From: Chlamydiales bacterium
GTDB lineage: Bacteria; Chlamydiota; Chlamydiia; Chlamydiales; CALTSX01
Reading direction: 5' to 3'
DNA: 64,000 nucleotides
NCBI GenBank assembly: GCA_051647685.1
Contig: JBOFEG010000041.1
Coordinates: 33,952 to 97,951 of the forward strand
This document shows positions 47,587 to 57,953 of the stretch, piece after piece; the stretch's first letter is position 1; each line of letters opens with the position of its first letter. The notes beneath the pieces are model-generated. The model ran no database searches. It was not told where the DNA came from and was given only the letters and a program-made list of their open reading frames with translations. A program made the translations under genes and the position numbers.

Positions 47587-47615
47587 TTGACTTTCAATGC
47601 TGTTTTTCTTATTAT
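47587..47615 (+). promoter_or_regulatory. Candidate promoter of the rplU-rpmA-obg operon (TTGACT-N17-TATTAT)
   Basis: TTGACT at 47587-47592 and TATTAT at 47610-47615, about 48 nt upstream of the rplU ATG. Confidence 0.35.
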
Positions 47616-47662
47616 AAGCGGTTTCTTTGCATGCCATGCTAGATGTAACCCCGGGAGATACC

Positions 47663-47983
47663 ATGTACGCAATTATTGAAGCTGGTGGAAAACAGTATCA
47701 AGTAAAAAAAGATGATATAGTAGAAATAGATTTAATTGAAGAAACTACTGAGAATATTCCTCTTCCCAAAATATTACTGCTGCACAATGGAACTGAGACT
47801 ATCGTAGGCACTCCTTATGTATCTAATTGGCAAATTGAAGCACAATATGTCAATCAAACTAAAGGGCCTAAAGTTATCGCTTATAAATATAAGCGTAGAA
47901 AAAACTATCGAAGAAAGGTTGGACATCGCCAACGCTATACAAAAATAAAAATTGTCGAATTTAAAGAAAAGGGAACCGAATAA
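47663..47983 (+). CDS. rplU: 50S ribosomal protein L21
   Basis: [18 protein letters not shown]... is the canonical L21 N-terminus. Start trimmed from the track ORF to the ATG at 47663. Confidence 0.9.
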   Translation: MYAIIEAGGKQYQVKKDDIVEIDLIEETTENIPLPKILLLHNGTETIVGTPYVSNWQIEAQYVNQTKGPKVIAYKYKRRKNYRRKVGHRQRYTKIKIVEFKEKGTE

Positions 47984-48246
47984 TGGCACATAAGAAAGGA
48001 CAAGGCTCCTCAAAGAATGGAAGAGATTCTAATGCACAGAGACTTGGCGTAAAAAAAACTCATGGACAGTTCGTTAAGGCAGGAAATATTATCGTGCGTC
48101 AACGCGGGACAAAATGGACTCCATCAAAGAATGTCGGAAGAGGTTCGGACGATACTATCTTTTCATTGATCGATGGTACTGTGTCCTTTACCAAAAACAA
48201 GCGCACTATGGTGTCAGTGCTTCCTCAGGTTTCCTCTACACCTTAA
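47983..48246 (+). CDS. rpmA: 50S ribosomal protein L27
   Basis: [42 protein letters not shown] is the L27 signature. Confidence 0.95.
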   Translation: MAHKKGQGSSKNGRDSNAQRLGVKKTHGQFVKAGNIIVRQRGTKWTPSKNVGRGSDDTIFSLIDGTVSFTKNKRTMVSVLPQVSSTP

Positions 48247-48254
48247 ATATTTAT

Positions 48255-49265
48255 ATGTTTATCGATCGAATGCAATTAACCTTAAATGGCGGCAGAGGCG
48301 GCAATGGATTAGTTGCTTGGACGAGAAAAAAATATATTCCTAAAGGAGGCCCTTGTGGCGGAAACGGCGGTCCTGGTGGGTCTATTTTTATTCAAGCCGA
48401 TTCCAATTTAATTTCTTTTGACCGTTATCGCAACAAGAAAATTTTCAAAGCACAAAATGGTAGACCGGGCGGCCCTAATCAACAACAAGGGGCTAAAGGG
48501 CTCGATCAAACTCTACTAGTACCCCTAGGAACAATTGTAAAACATGGAGAAACATCTGCCATTATTTATGATTTTACACAAGATGGGGAAAGCTATCTGA
48601 TTTGCCGCGGTGGCAGAGGTGGACTTGGAAATACTTTCTTTAAGTCTTCTACAAATCAAGCACCTAATTTTGCAACAGAGGGCAAAGAAGGTGAATCTTT
48701 GCAAGCCACTTTCGAACTCAAATTATTGGCAGATGTGGGCTTAATAGGAATGCCAAATGCGGGCAAATCTACTCTTTTTTCTCAACTAACTTCACATTAT
48801 GTAGCGCAAGCGTCATATCCATTTACTACCTTACAGCCCAATATTTCTTATATTGAAAATAAAAAGTCAGATCGCATTCTTATCGCAGATATTCCAGGCA
48901 TTATTGAGTACGCTCACAAAAATAAAGGTCTTGGATTTTCTTTCCTACAGCATATTGAGCGAAGCTCTGTCCTTCTCTTTATATTGGACACGTCTAAAGT
49001 AGATAATTCCTCCCCTATTCGAGATTTTCAAATCTTGCAGCAAGAGCTGCTAGCTTATAACAAGGAAATTGCAGAAAAACCTTTTTCAGTGGTTCTAAAT
49101 AAGATTGACCACCCCGATTCTAGCGCAGAAGTGGAACAATTTAATAAAAAATACATAGGAAGGTTTCCAATTCTTACTACTTCGGCTTTACTTGGGACAG
49201 GTGTAGATATCGTTCGTGAACATATCATAGATGTGATGGATAAATTTGGTCAGAGTCGGGATTGA
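48255..49265 (+). CDS. obg: GTPase Obg/CgtA
   Basis: MFIDRMQLTLNGGRGGNGLVAWTRKKYIPKGGPCGGNGGPGGSIF is the Obg fold. G-domain motifs GMPNAGKST, DIPGIIE and NKID are present. Start set at the ATG at 48255. The last 19 nt overlap tRNA-Phe on the opposite strand. Confidence 0.9.
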   Translation: MFIDRMQLTLNGGRGGNGLVAWTRKKYIPKGGPCGGNGGPGGSIFIQADSNLISFDRYRNKKIFKAQNGRPGGPNQQQGAKGLDQTLLVPLGTIVKHGETSAIIYDFTQDGESYLICRGGRGGLGNTFFKSSTNQAPNFATEGKEGESLQATFELKLLADVGLIGMPNAGKSTLFSQLTSHYVAQASYPFTTLQPNISYIENKKSDRILIADIPGIIEYAHKNKGLGFSFLQHIERSSVLLFILDTSKVDNSSPIRDFQILQQELLAYNKEIAEKPFSVVLNKIDHPDSSAEVEQFNKKYIGRFPILTTSALLGTGVDIVREHIIDVMDKFGQSRD

Positions 49266-49319
49266 ACCGACGACACAAGGATTTTCAGTCCTTTGCTCTA
49301 CCAACTGAGCTATCTGACC
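49247..49319 (-). tRNA. tRNA-Phe (anticodon GAA)
   Basis: Reverse complement GGTCAGATAGCTCAGTTGGTAGAGCAAAGGACTGAAAATCCTTGTGTCGTCGGTTCAATCCCGACTCTGACCA folds as a canonical cloverleaf with anticodon loop CTGAAAA. Confidence 0.92.
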
Positions 49320-49442
49320 TTTTAATGTAAGTGAATAAGAGTAAAAAATCTCCGTGATTTTCTGCAATGATTTTGTAGAATAAAAAATTGTTAGCCGTAA
49401 AGAAATTCTACTCTTCTCCTTTGATTTTTCTTTAGAATTCGA

Positions 49443-50252
49443 TTATGAACATATATACGGTTCTAAATAAGTCTTTAGGGAATCTATTTTTTCTTCTTCT
49501 TTTTCTAAATCGACAGGAAAACATCTAGCTAGTATACGGCGGTCGATCTCTTCCATACACTGTTTAGCATGCTTACTATCACTTGGAATTTCATGGCTAA
49601 AGCCATTTAGTTCTTTTAGAGCTTTAAAAAACCGTTGCGCTCCAAGTAATTCTTGATCAGAACTCTCTCGAATTACATCTCGATCACATATATGTTTTAT
49701 GGCTTTTGCAGCAGTTGAATATATAGCACCATTAACGAAAAGACTGACTCCCATAGTATTAAGAAGATGCCAACTGTGCTGCATTGATAAAACACTAATA
49801 GCCACTTGAGCGATGCTGCCAATAAGGAGTCTTCTGAACAAATTATGGTATTGCAGTTCATAATGTTTAATGTTGCGCCTTACTAGAAATCTACACACTT
49901 CTTTATCTGTGTTATACAAATTTGAATTAATCACAATCCTCTTTAATGATTTTACATTTACAGTGGCGCTAAACAACGAAAGTTCCTGATGTTTACCATC
50001 AGATACAACAATTTCATACTTATTCTTAAGCAGAGGTTTCATTTCACTACGAATTTCATTTTCTAAGAGAAGTTCGCTACTTATGGCAGCAATTTTATCT
50101 TCGAGAACAGGATCCACTTCATTTTGAATTTCGTTTTCTTTTGCTACGATTTGAGAGCTAATTGGTTTTGATGTCTCATTGTATACCCTATATAAAGAGT
50201 AGGCATAGACACCAATAATTCCAGTATTAAAAGTTGTATTAGATATTGACAT
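49443..50252 (-). CDS. Hypothetical protein with a central hydrophobic pair
   Basis: 269 aa with no recognisable motif. The central segment LLIGSIAQVAISVLSM-QHSWHLLNT-MGVSLFVNGAIYSTAAKAI is weakly Inc-like. It lies next to tRNA-Phe. Confidence 0.45.
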   Translation of the reverse strand: MSISNTTFNTGIIGVYAYSLYRVYNETSKPISSQIVAKENEIQNEVDPVLEDKIAAISSELLLENEIRSEMKPLLKNKYEIVVSDGKHQELSLFSATVNVKSLKRIVINSNLYNTDKEVCRFLVRRNIKHYELQYHNLFRRLLIGSIAQVAISVLSMQHSWHLLNTMGVSLFVNGAIYSTAAKAIKHICDRDVIRESSDQELLGAQRFFKALKELNGFSHEIPSDSKHAKQCMEEIDRRILARCFPVDLEKEEEKIDSLKTYLEPYICS

Positions 50253-50309
50253 GATAGCCTCATTTTAATGATTTTTTAATAATTGGGGCAAAATCCTAGC
50301 AAATATAAT

Positions 50310-52214
50310 TTAATTTTGGCTATCCAAAAAAATCATATCTCGCAATATCTCTTCGCTTTCTATTGCAGCGATATCTTGTTGTTTAATTTGTTTTGCATCT
50401 AGTTTCATATTGTATTGATGAACTCGAGCTGCACTATTTTGTCGCAAAGTTGGGCGCATTTTTTGCCATTTGCTTTCGACTCCAGGTAGTAATGGAAAAA
50501 ATTCCTCTTGAAAGTTTCGATACTTTCCCGGATCTGTTTCTTTAAGAATATCGAAATAACTGAAATCCATATGATCTCCTGGAAGTGCGAATTCGAGATA
50601 GCGCTCTCCTATGGGAAACGGGGCAAATTTCGTAGGAACGTGGATGTCAGCTTTTACACCTTCAAGCTGAGTGGATTTGCCTGATGCTGTATAGTATTTG
50701 CCAACAGTGACTTTGTAAAAGGCTTTCGAATTTTCTTCTGTGATAGTTTGGTATTGTATGGAACCTTTTCCATAGGTTCGTATGTCACCGACAACGATGA
50801 CAATGCCGTAATCTTGTAGAACTTGTGCCACGATTTCAGCGGCGGAAGCGGAAGCTTTTGATGTTAACATAATAATGGGACCATCGTATAAAATACGACC
50901 ATCTATATCTCTAACATACCGAATTTCGTTACCTGCATATTTTGAAATAACGATGATTCCTTTAGGTATGAATAGTTTGGATACTTTTATGGCTTCTGAT
51001 AGGAATCCACCTGAATTTTCCCTGACATCAATGATGAGTCCTTGGAGTTTCCCTTCTTTTTTTAGGGATTTAATGGCTTCTTTCAGATCTTGTTCTGCAG
51101 TCACTCCATCTCCGCTATCATAAAAAGAGGGAAGAGTAATTTTACCAATGATTCCATCGCCGCAGGGAGATGATTTGTGGGATACTCTTTCTTCTTCTAA
51201 AGTGATTCTTTCTCTTTGTAGCGGAACTGTGATAACCTCCTTTTCATCCTCTTTCATTCGCAATACTGTGAGAGTCATCGAGCTACGAGCGGGACCTTGC
51301 ATCATTTCAGCTACTTTTTCAAATGGAACATGCAGCATAGATTCACCATTAATGGCTGTGATATAATCGCCTTTTTGTAGGATGCTCCGACTGGCTGGTG
51401 ATCCATTAAAGAGATAGGAAATATAGATGCCATGTATTCCCTCTTTTATAATAACTCCTATGCCTTCTAATTGTTTTTTTAAGGTCGTTCTAATTTCATG
51501 AGCTTCCTTCTCTGTGTAAAAAGCGCTATGGGCATCTAAGCTGTTTGCGAATGCTTTTAAAAAACAATCGCCTATATTCTTTTTTTTCTCGATTTCGCTT
51601 TGCATAGCAAATTGATATTTTTTTTCCCTATTCTCTTTTCTTTTTTGCCACAAGTTGATAATTTTTTGTTTAATTTCGGGAGTAAGATCCGTTGTCTTTC
51701 CGTACTGCCTGGCAAATAGACATAATTCTATATAATTACGTCGTTTGAGGTCGGATAATGAATCGGCATAATCAAAAAAAAATCTTGAATCGATCTCTTT
51801 GGTATCAATACTTTCCGACTCTATAAATTGGAGCGCAAGTTCTTTTCGCATTTCCTGTGATCGGGTAATAGCCTGATCCATCAAAATATGTATATCAAAG
51901 AAATCAGAAAGATCTCCTTTTCGCAATCGATAGATGACTTGCCATACATGATTATCTTCTAGACGATGTAGTTGAGCGACTTCTTTTTTTAAAAAATAAG
52001 TTTTATTTAAATCAAATTGAGAGAGGTATAATTTAAACAAACGTCGCACAATTAGTGGAGAAATAGCGCGGTGTTCTACATGGTAGTTAAGAATTTCTTG
52101 AACCACTTGACTTGGATAATCACTGGCCTCCGATTGGGTCAAGAAAAGAGTGAAAATAGGAACAAAAATTCTAACTAAAAGTATTTTTTTTTTGAACAAT
52201 GGACTATACCTCAT
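50310..52214 (-). CDS. Tail-specific (C-terminal processing) protease, S41 family
   Basis: 634 aa. Contains a signal peptide, a PDZ region (GIGVIIKEG..GIYISYLFNGSPASRSILQKGDYITAING) and an S41 catalytic region (DVRENSGGFL; TSKASASAAEIVAQ; TYGKGS). Confidence 0.85.
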   Translation of the reverse strand: MRYSPLFKKKILLVRIFVPIFTLFLTQSEASDYPSQVVQEILNYHVEHRAISPLIVRRLFKLYLSQFDLNKTYFLKKEVAQLHRLEDNHVWQVIYRLRKGDLSDFFDIHILMDQAITRSQEMRKELALQFIESESIDTKEIDSRFFFDYADSLSDLKRRNYIELCLFARQYGKTTDLTPEIKQKIINLWQKRKENREKKYQFAMQSEIEKKKNIGDCFLKAFANSLDAHSAFYTEKEAHEIRTTLKKQLEGIGVIIKEGIHGIYISYLFNGSPASRSILQKGDYITAINGESMLHVPFEKVAEMMQGPARSSMTLTVLRMKEDEKEVITVPLQRERITLEEERVSHKSSPCGDGIIGKITLPSFYDSGDGVTAEQDLKEAIKSLKKEGKLQGLIIDVRENSGGFLSEAIKVSKLFIPKGIIVISKYAGNEIRYVRDIDGRILYDGPIIMLTSKASASAAEIVAQVLQDYGIVIVVGDIRTYGKGSIQYQTITEENSKAFYKVTVGKYYTASGKSTQLEGVKADIHVPTKFAPFPIGERYLEFALPGDHMDFSYFDILKETDPGKYRNFQEEFFPLLPGVESKWQKMRPTLRQNSAARVHQYNMKLDAKQIKQQDIAAIESEEILRDMIFLDSQN

Positions 52215-52422
52215 GCCTTATAAAGGTAAATTTTTTATTGTTGCATCCAATAAATAGATTTAAAAAATAGATCTCAGTCGTATTTATTTCTTTAGAGAGA
52301 TTAGGTGCTGATTTCTCTATTGATATTTTTCTGCATATTGCTTTACACTATCTCAATCATGTTAAATGTGTAAAGTATAGAAAAGCTTCTATAAAAATTT
52401 AAGTCAAGGAGATCGGCCAAGG

Positions 52423-52794
52423 ATGCCTACTATCAACCAACTTTTGAAAAACGGGCGAAAACCAAAAAAAGTTAAAAAGAAATCCCCCGCATTACAAAGA
52501 TGTCCGCAAAGACGGGGTGTTTGTCTGCAGGTTAAGACCAAAACTCCGAAAAAACCTAACTCAGCCCTTAGAAAAGTAGCTTGGGTTCGATTATCTAACA
52601 AACAAGAGGTCATTGCCTACATCGGTGGAGAAGGGCACAATCTTCAAGAGCACAGCATTGTTTTAGTTCGCGGTGGTCGGGTCAAAGATCTACCAGGGGT
52701 GCGGTATCACATCGTACGCGGAGCACTCGATTGTGCTGCTGTAAAAGATCGCAAAAAAAGCCGTTCCAAATATGGCGCCAAACGGCCTAAGTAA
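52423..52794 (+). CDS. rpsL: 30S ribosomal protein S12
   Basis: [12 protein letters not shown]...[18 protein letters not shown]...[38 protein letters not shown] lies upstream. Confidence 0.97.
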   Translation: MPTINQLLKNGRKPKKVKKKSPALQRCPQRRGVCLQVKTKTPKKPNSALRKVAWVRLSNKQEVIAYIGGEGHNLQEHSIVLVRGGRVKDLPGVRYHIVRGALDCAAVKDRKKSRSKYGAKRPK

Positions 52795-52812
52795 ACACAC
52801 TGAAGGAAAATT

Positions 52813-53286
52813 ATGGGAAGACGACGACACGCAACAAAGAGAACTATTGCTCCTGATTCAGTTTATCAAAGTGAATTAATCACAAAATTCATTAATAAGG
52901 TGATGATTCAAGGAAAAAAATCTACTGCCCGCAAAATTGTTTATGAGGCTATAGATAAATTTACAAAAAATGTAAATGAAGAAGATCCCATTTCAGCTTT
53001 GAATATGGCATTTAACAATGCAAGGCCTTATTTGGAAGTGAAATCTAGAAGAATTGGCGGAGCTACTTATCAAGTGCCTATTGAAATCCCTCCCGACAGG
53101 CAAAATGCACTGGTTATGAAATGGATCATTCAATATTCCAGAGCAAAACCGGGAAAGGCTATGCAAGAGAGTTTGGCAATTGAGCTCACCGACTGTTACA
53201 AGAATCAAGGATCGACAATAAAGAAGAAAGAAGATACCCATCGAATGGCTGAAGCCAATAAAGCATTTTCGCACTATAAATGGTAA
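52813..53286 (+). CDS. rpsG: 30S ribosomal protein S7
   Basis: 157 aa. Contains [19 protein letters not shown] and [15 protein letters not shown], both canonical S7 blocks. Confidence 0.96.
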   Translation: MGRRRHATKRTIAPDSVYQSELITKFINKVMIQGKKSTARKIVYEAIDKFTKNVNEEDPISALNMAFNNARPYLEVKSRRIGGATYQVPIEIPPDRQNALVMKWIIQYSRAKPGKAMQESLAIELTDCYKNQGSTIKKKEDTHRMAEANKAFSHYKW

Positions 53287-53296
53287 TAACTCGACT

Positions 53297-55414
53297 ATGA
53301 CTGATATGACTGAAGTAACGCCCGACCAAAAACAATTAAACACAAATCAAATACGATTACAGAAAATTCGTAACATTGGAATTATGGCTCATATTGACGC
53401 CGGTAAGACAACGGTTACAGAACGCATTCTATATTATTGCGGTAAAGTTCATAAAATTGGAGAAGTTCACGAGGGAGCTGCCACCACTGATTTTATGCCA
53501 CAAGAACAAGAACGCGGGATTACTATTGCTTCGGCGGCTGTGTCAGTTACTTGGAAAGATCATAAGATAGGCATTATTGATACACCTGGTCACGTGGATT
53601 TTACTATTGAAGTGGAGCGATCTCTTCGAGTTCTCGATGGCGCTATTGCGGTATTTAGCGCGGTAGATGGAGTTCAGCCGCAATCAGAAACGGTTTGGCG
53701 GCAAGCCGATCGATACAAAGTTCCTAGAATTGCATTTATTAATAAGATGGATCGCGTTGGAGCGGATTACTTCTATTGTATAGATAGCATGAAAGACAAA
53801 TTAGGCGCACATGCGATTGCACTGCAGTGTCCTATTGGGTCTGAAGGAGAGTTTAAAGGGATCGTAGATCTAGTTTCTATGAAAGCCTATTTGTTTAAAG
53901 AAGAAACTCTCGGAGCGGAATATGATATCTCTCCGATTCCGGATGACTTACAAGAAAAATGTAATGAATTGAGAGCTACTTTGCTCGAAGAACTTGCCAT
54001 GTTAGAAGAGTCGTTTATGGAAAAGTTCTTAAATAATCCAGATACCCTAACAGAGAAAGATATTAATACAGTCATTCGTAAGGGAGTTATTGAAAATGCG
54101 ATTTATCCGGTTTTATGTGGTTCAGCTTTTAAAAATAAAGGTGTGCAACCGCTATTAGATGCAGTAATTAGCTGGATGCCATCCCCCCTTGATCGTGGAG
54201 CTACAAAAGCCCATAGACTTGACAAAGATGAAACGGAAATCAGTTTAGAACCAAGTGATGACGCTCCTCTGTCTGCTCTCGCTTTTAAAATTGTAACTGA
54301 TCCCTATGTTGGAAAACTTACTTTTCTACGTATCTATTCTGGGATTTTACAAAAAGGTGTCTCCATCTTAAACTCTTCCAAAGATAAGAAAGAGCGTATC
54401 TCTCGGCTGCTTGAAATTCAAGCGAACCAAAGAATTGATCACGATAGTTTTTCGACCGGTGATATCGTTGGATGTATTGGCTTAAAAAATACGACAACTG
54501 GTGATACTCTCTCTAGTATTGATTTTCCCGTTATTTTAGAAAAAATCGAATTCCCAGAGCCTGTTATCTCTATGGCGATTGAGCCAAAGTCTAAGGCTGA
54601 CCGAGAAAAGCTGGCGGCAGCGTTGAGCTCTTTATCGGAAGAAGATCCCTCTTTTCGCGTAACGACGAATCAAGAGACTGGACAAACTATTATCTCTGGT
54701 ATGGGAGAACTGCATCTAGAAATTTTGAAAGATCGAATGATGCGAGAATTTAAGGTCGATGCCAATGTCGGTAAACCAGAAGTTTCTTATAAAGAAACTA
54801 TTACTGTACCTGCCGAGGCAGAAGTTAAATATGCAAAGCAAACCGGTGGACGTGGTCAGTATGCTCATGTCGTGGTTAAGATGTATCCAAGTGAAAAAGG
54901 ACAAGGCAATATCATCCTTAATAAAATTGTCGGCGGAGTGATTCCAAAAGAATATATATCTCCGACAATAAAAGGAATTGAAGACGGGCTACAGACAGGA
55001 GTCCTTGCTGGATATAATCTCGTCGATGTCACTACAGAAATTACTTTTGGTTCGTACCACGAAGTGGATTCCAGTGAGAATTCCTTTAAAATATGTGGAT
55101 CTATGGTCGCAAAAGCAGCTGCCAAAAAGGCACATCCAATTATTTTAGAACCAATTATGAAAGTGGTGGTAACTTCTCCTGAAGAATCGCTCGGAGATGT
55201 TATGGGAGATATTAACCGACGTCGAGGAAGAATTCTCAATCAAAATAACATTAGAAATATTGTTGTACTTGAATGTGAGGTTCCTTTAAGTGAGCTATTT
55301 GGTTATTCTACACAATTAAGATCTCTATCTTCAGGAAGAGCTTCTTATACGATGTCGCCAAGTCATTTTGAAAAGGTACCGCAAAAAATCCAAGAAGAAA
55401 TCATTAAAAAATAA
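53297..55414 (+). CDS. fusA: Elongation factor G
   Basis: 705 aa. Contains [28 protein letters not shown] and domain IV/V blocks. It is followed directly by rpsJ with no tuf, as in Chlamydia genomes. Confidence 0.97.
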   Translation: MTDMTEVTPDQKQLNTNQIRLQKIRNIGIMAHIDAGKTTVTERILYYCGKVHKIGEVHEGAATTDFMPQEQERGITIASAAVSVTWKDHKIGIIDTPGHVDFTIEVERSLRVLDGAIAVFSAVDGVQPQSETVWRQADRYKVPRIAFINKMDRVGADYFYCIDSMKDKLGAHAIALQCPIGSEGEFKGIVDLVSMKAYLFKEETLGAEYDISPIPDDLQEKCNELRATLLEELAMLEESFMEKFLNNPDTLTEKDINTVIRKGVIENAIYPVLCGSAFKNKGVQPLLDAVISWMPSPLDRGATKAHRLDKDETEISLEPSDDAPLSALAFKIVTDPYVGKLTFLRIYSGILQKGVSILNSSKDKKERISRLLEIQANQRIDHDSFSTGDIVGCIGLKNTTTGDTLSSIDFPVILEKIEFPEPVISMAIEPKSKADREKLAAALSSLSEEDPSFRVTTNQETGQTIISGMGELHLEILKDRMMREFKVDANVGKPEVSYKETITVPAEAEVKYAKQTGGRGQYAHVVVKMYPSEKGQGNIILNKIVGGVIPKEYISPTIKGIEDGLQTGVLAGYNLVDVTTEITFGSYHEVDSSENSFKICGSMVAKAAAKKAHPIILEPIMKVVVTSPEESLGDVMGDINRRRGRILNQNNIRNIVVLECEVPLSELFGYSTQLRSLSSGRASYTMSPSHFEKVPQKIQEEIIKK

Positions 55415-55425
55415 AGAGTAATTGT

Positions 55426-55746
55426 ATGGCCAAACAACAACAGTTAAAAAAGATTCGAATTCGTTTAAAAGGATATGACAAAAGACTTCTCGATCAAGCG
55501 GTCAGTGATATCGTCGAAACAGCAAAGAAAACTGGCGCTGTAACTATAGGACCTATTCCCCTTCCAACTAATAAGATCATCTATACAGTGCTCCGGTCGC
55601 CTCACGTAGATAGAAAGTCTCGCGAACAGTTTGCTATGCATACGCATAATCGACTGCTCGATATTTTAAATCCTACCCCAACTACTATCGATGAACTTAA
55701 AGTTCTTCCTGTCGCTCCTGGAGTAGATATTACAATAAAAGCCTAA
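55426..55746 (+). CDS. rpsJ: 30S ribosomal protein S10
   Basis: 106 aa. [29 protein letters not shown]...GPIPLPT...[17 protein letters not shown]. Confidence 0.96.
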   Translation: MAKQQQLKKIRIRLKGYDKRLLDQAVSDIVETAKKTGAVTIGPIPLPTNKIIYTVLRSPHVDRKSREQFAMHTHNRLLDILNPTPTTIDELKVLPVAPGVDITIKA

Positions 55747-55763
55747 AAGTATTTTTTTTTATT

Positions 55764-56123
55764 TTAGTATTCCGGAATGCTTTGATAATAATAGAGAGAG
55801 TCATAAGATGGTGGGATTGTAGTTCGAATCCTTTTATTCACTATTTTCTTGTCGCGCACTAAAAAATAATATTTTTTTTGTACTATAGATTCCTTGCCTA
55901 TAAACCATCTTTCTAAATATTCATATTCATACAATTCTCGCCCTATAGAGAATATCTGAAATGGCTGGCCATAAAGATCAACTACACTGTCTATCGAATC
56001 GCCGATTGCAATTTTTCCAAAGGCACATTCTGTAAATACATTTTGTCTAGCTGTATAACAACTAGAAAATAGAGATAATATCGATATAACTGTACAAATG
56101 AATCGAAGACGCATACTGCTCAT
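55764..56123 (-). CDS. Small lipoprotein (possible BamE/SmpA-OmlA-like)
   Basis: 119 aa. Signal peptide with lipobox LFSS-C. The mature part (IAIGDSIDSVVDLYGQP...) loosely resembles BamE. This is a weak assignment. Confidence 0.45.
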   Translation of the reverse strand: MSSMRLRFICTVISILSLFSSCYTARQNVFTECAFGKIAIGDSIDSVVDLYGQPFQIFSIGRELYEYEYLERWFIGKESIVQKKYYFLVRDKKIVNKRIRTTIPPSYDSLYYYQSIPEY

Positions 56124-56198
56124 TTTCTTTTTATAGATATATTTTTCTATATCATGAACAATATACTTTATGCGATGAAAAATTGATTTATAAAGAAA

Positions 56199-56435
56199 TC
56201 ATCTATGATTAGTATTAGTAGAATTTCTATCCGGTTCTCTTCTATTGTTATTGTTTATATCTGTATTTCGATCTGATATAGAATTATTAGAGTGTACAGT
56301 TCTCACTCGCTGAATTTCTCTTTCAAGTTCTCTGTCTGCTGCTATTATTTGATTTAATGTTGTTACACTAAAAACAATATACATTGTGACGATTAATTTA
56401 TTATATTTCATAATTTCCGTGATATATATCTCCAC
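56199..56435 (-). CDS. Small hypothetical Asn-rich protein with hydrophobic N-terminus
   Basis: 78-aa ORF. The likely start is the ATG at 56411 (MKYNKLIVTMYIVFSVTTLNQIIAADRELE...). The low-complexity tail is NNNNRREPDRNSTNTNHR. Coding status is uncertain. Confidence 0.3.
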   Translation of the reverse strand: MEIYITEIMKYNKLIVTMYIVFSVTTLNQIIAADRELEREIQRVRTVHSNNSISDRNTDINNNNRREPDRNSTNTNHR

Positions 56436-56774
56436 TAATAATTCCTTGTTCTAAATCAGGAATCACTCCCTAAACCCTATGATAGACGACAGTTAATAAG
56501 ACACTATATTTATATCATTTATTATTAGAATTTTGTGATATATTTGGATTAGGTTGTCTATAGTCATTATTATTCTTGTTTAGCTGATCCATAAGTGCTC
56601 CAAGTTCTTTTTCGCGAGTATCACTTTTTGGTTGCCGATCTTGAGCGAATAATTAACTCGTTAATAAGGTCATGGCAAACAAGACGAATTTGCTTCTATT
56701 CATATTATTTCTATATTTTAAATTTATTTTTTTTATAATAGAGGGCTGGTTAATTTTTGTATAGAGGGTGTCAT

Positions 56775-57902
56775 TCAAAACATGAATCTTCTAGTGTAAA
56801 TGCTTTGCAGTATTCCGAGAGCTGTCATAGTAGATATAATGGATGTTCCTCCATATGTGATTAATAATAGTGGAACGCCGGTAATAGGGAAACAGCCACT
56901 CATCATTCCTATGTTTACGACGACGTGTACAGATAGATAAACTGCAATTCCTCCTGCTAAAAATCTGCCAAAGGAATCTTTAGCAACAGCTACTACTTGG
57001 AAAGCGAGATAGATCAGTGCAACATAGATAGCAAGTAAAGTATAAGCACCAAGTGTACCAAATTCCTCAGTAAATGCGGGAAACACGGAATCTGTAGTGG
57101 ATGTTGGCAAGAATTGCCTCCCTGTGAAGGTGCTTTTCCGAAAACCTTTCCCAAGTCCCCTTCCTAGTGCAATCGCAGTTTGTGCTGCAATTTGGTGATG
57201 CGTATGGGGGTTTAATCGTTCAAATTGATAGTCGCGAATGATGCGAGTGGCATAAGGACGAATAGCTTCATGGGAAAAAATTCCTAAGAAAATACCAACA
57301 ACAAAAAATATAAGAATCCCTGCAAAAGAAGTTGATACGAGAAAAATAAGGCGATTTACATTCCCAAAATAAAACATAATTAATGTAATTGGACATAAGA
57401 CAAGAGCAGTACCGAGATCTGGTTGTTTTACAATTAAAAGAAAAGGAAGGAGGGAAATAAGACAGGCGCAAAAGGTAGGAAAAAAAAGATGAATATCTTT
57501 GGATCTTCTCTCTAAATACCAGCTTAGCGCAAGAACAACACTGAGTTTTGCATATTCAGAGGGTTGGAAAGCAAAGGATAAAAAAGGAATACGATACCAG
57601 CGGCGCACATTCTGAATGGGATTTGTGAAGAACAATCCGACAAGAAGAAAAATCATTCCAAGATAGAGAATCCATGCCCATTCTCTAAGTTTTTGATAAT
57701 CTAACACCGCACACAATATGAAAGCAACCCATCCAAAGATAAAGAATTGTATTTGACTCTTTACTAGTGGTGTTAACAAGGTTTCTTCTTGTATATCATG
57801 AGAAGAAGTTGCCGATATGATTGTCATACTAATTATCATTAAAACCGCAATGACAAAAAGTAGCCGAAAGTCTATACGGCGTAAATATTTTGTATCCCAC
57901 AT
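56775..57902 (-). CDS. SEDS-family peptidoglycan glycosyltransferase (RodA/FtsW)
   Basis: 375 aa with 10 TM helices. Conserved blocks: FQPSEYAKL, QPDLGTAL, TDSVFPAFTEEFG, GVPLLLITYGGTS. Confidence 0.9.
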   Translation of the reverse strand: MWDTKYLRRIDFRLLFVIAVLMIISMTIISATSSHDIQEETLLTPLVKSQIQFFIFGWVAFILCAVLDYQKLREWAWILYLGMIFLLVGLFFTNPIQNVRRWYRIPFLSFAFQPSEYAKLSVVLALSWYLERRSKDIHLFFPTFCACLISLLPFLLIVKQPDLGTALVLCPITLIMFYFGNVNRLIFLVSTSFAGILIFFVVGIFLGIFSHEAIRPYATRIIRDYQFERLNPHTHHQIAAQTAIALGRGLGKGFRKSTFTGRQFLPTSTTDSVFPAFTEEFGTLGAYTLLAIYVALIYLAFQVVAVAKDSFGRFLAGGIAVYLSVHVVVNIGMMSGCFPITGVPLLLITYGGTSIISTMTALGILQSIYTRRFMF

Positions 57903-57953
57903 AAGATAGTCGTTAAATAATATAAGCTTTACGATAAAATATTCGTGAAATAG

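Noticed and set aside
44902-49442. tRNA-Ser and tRNA-Phe as integration sites of a genomic island or prophage.
   Set aside because: No integrase, direct repeat of the tRNA 3' end, or phage-like genes are adjacent. The flanking genes are conserved housekeeping loci, and only the orphan 269-aa ORF at 49443-50252 is unexplained.
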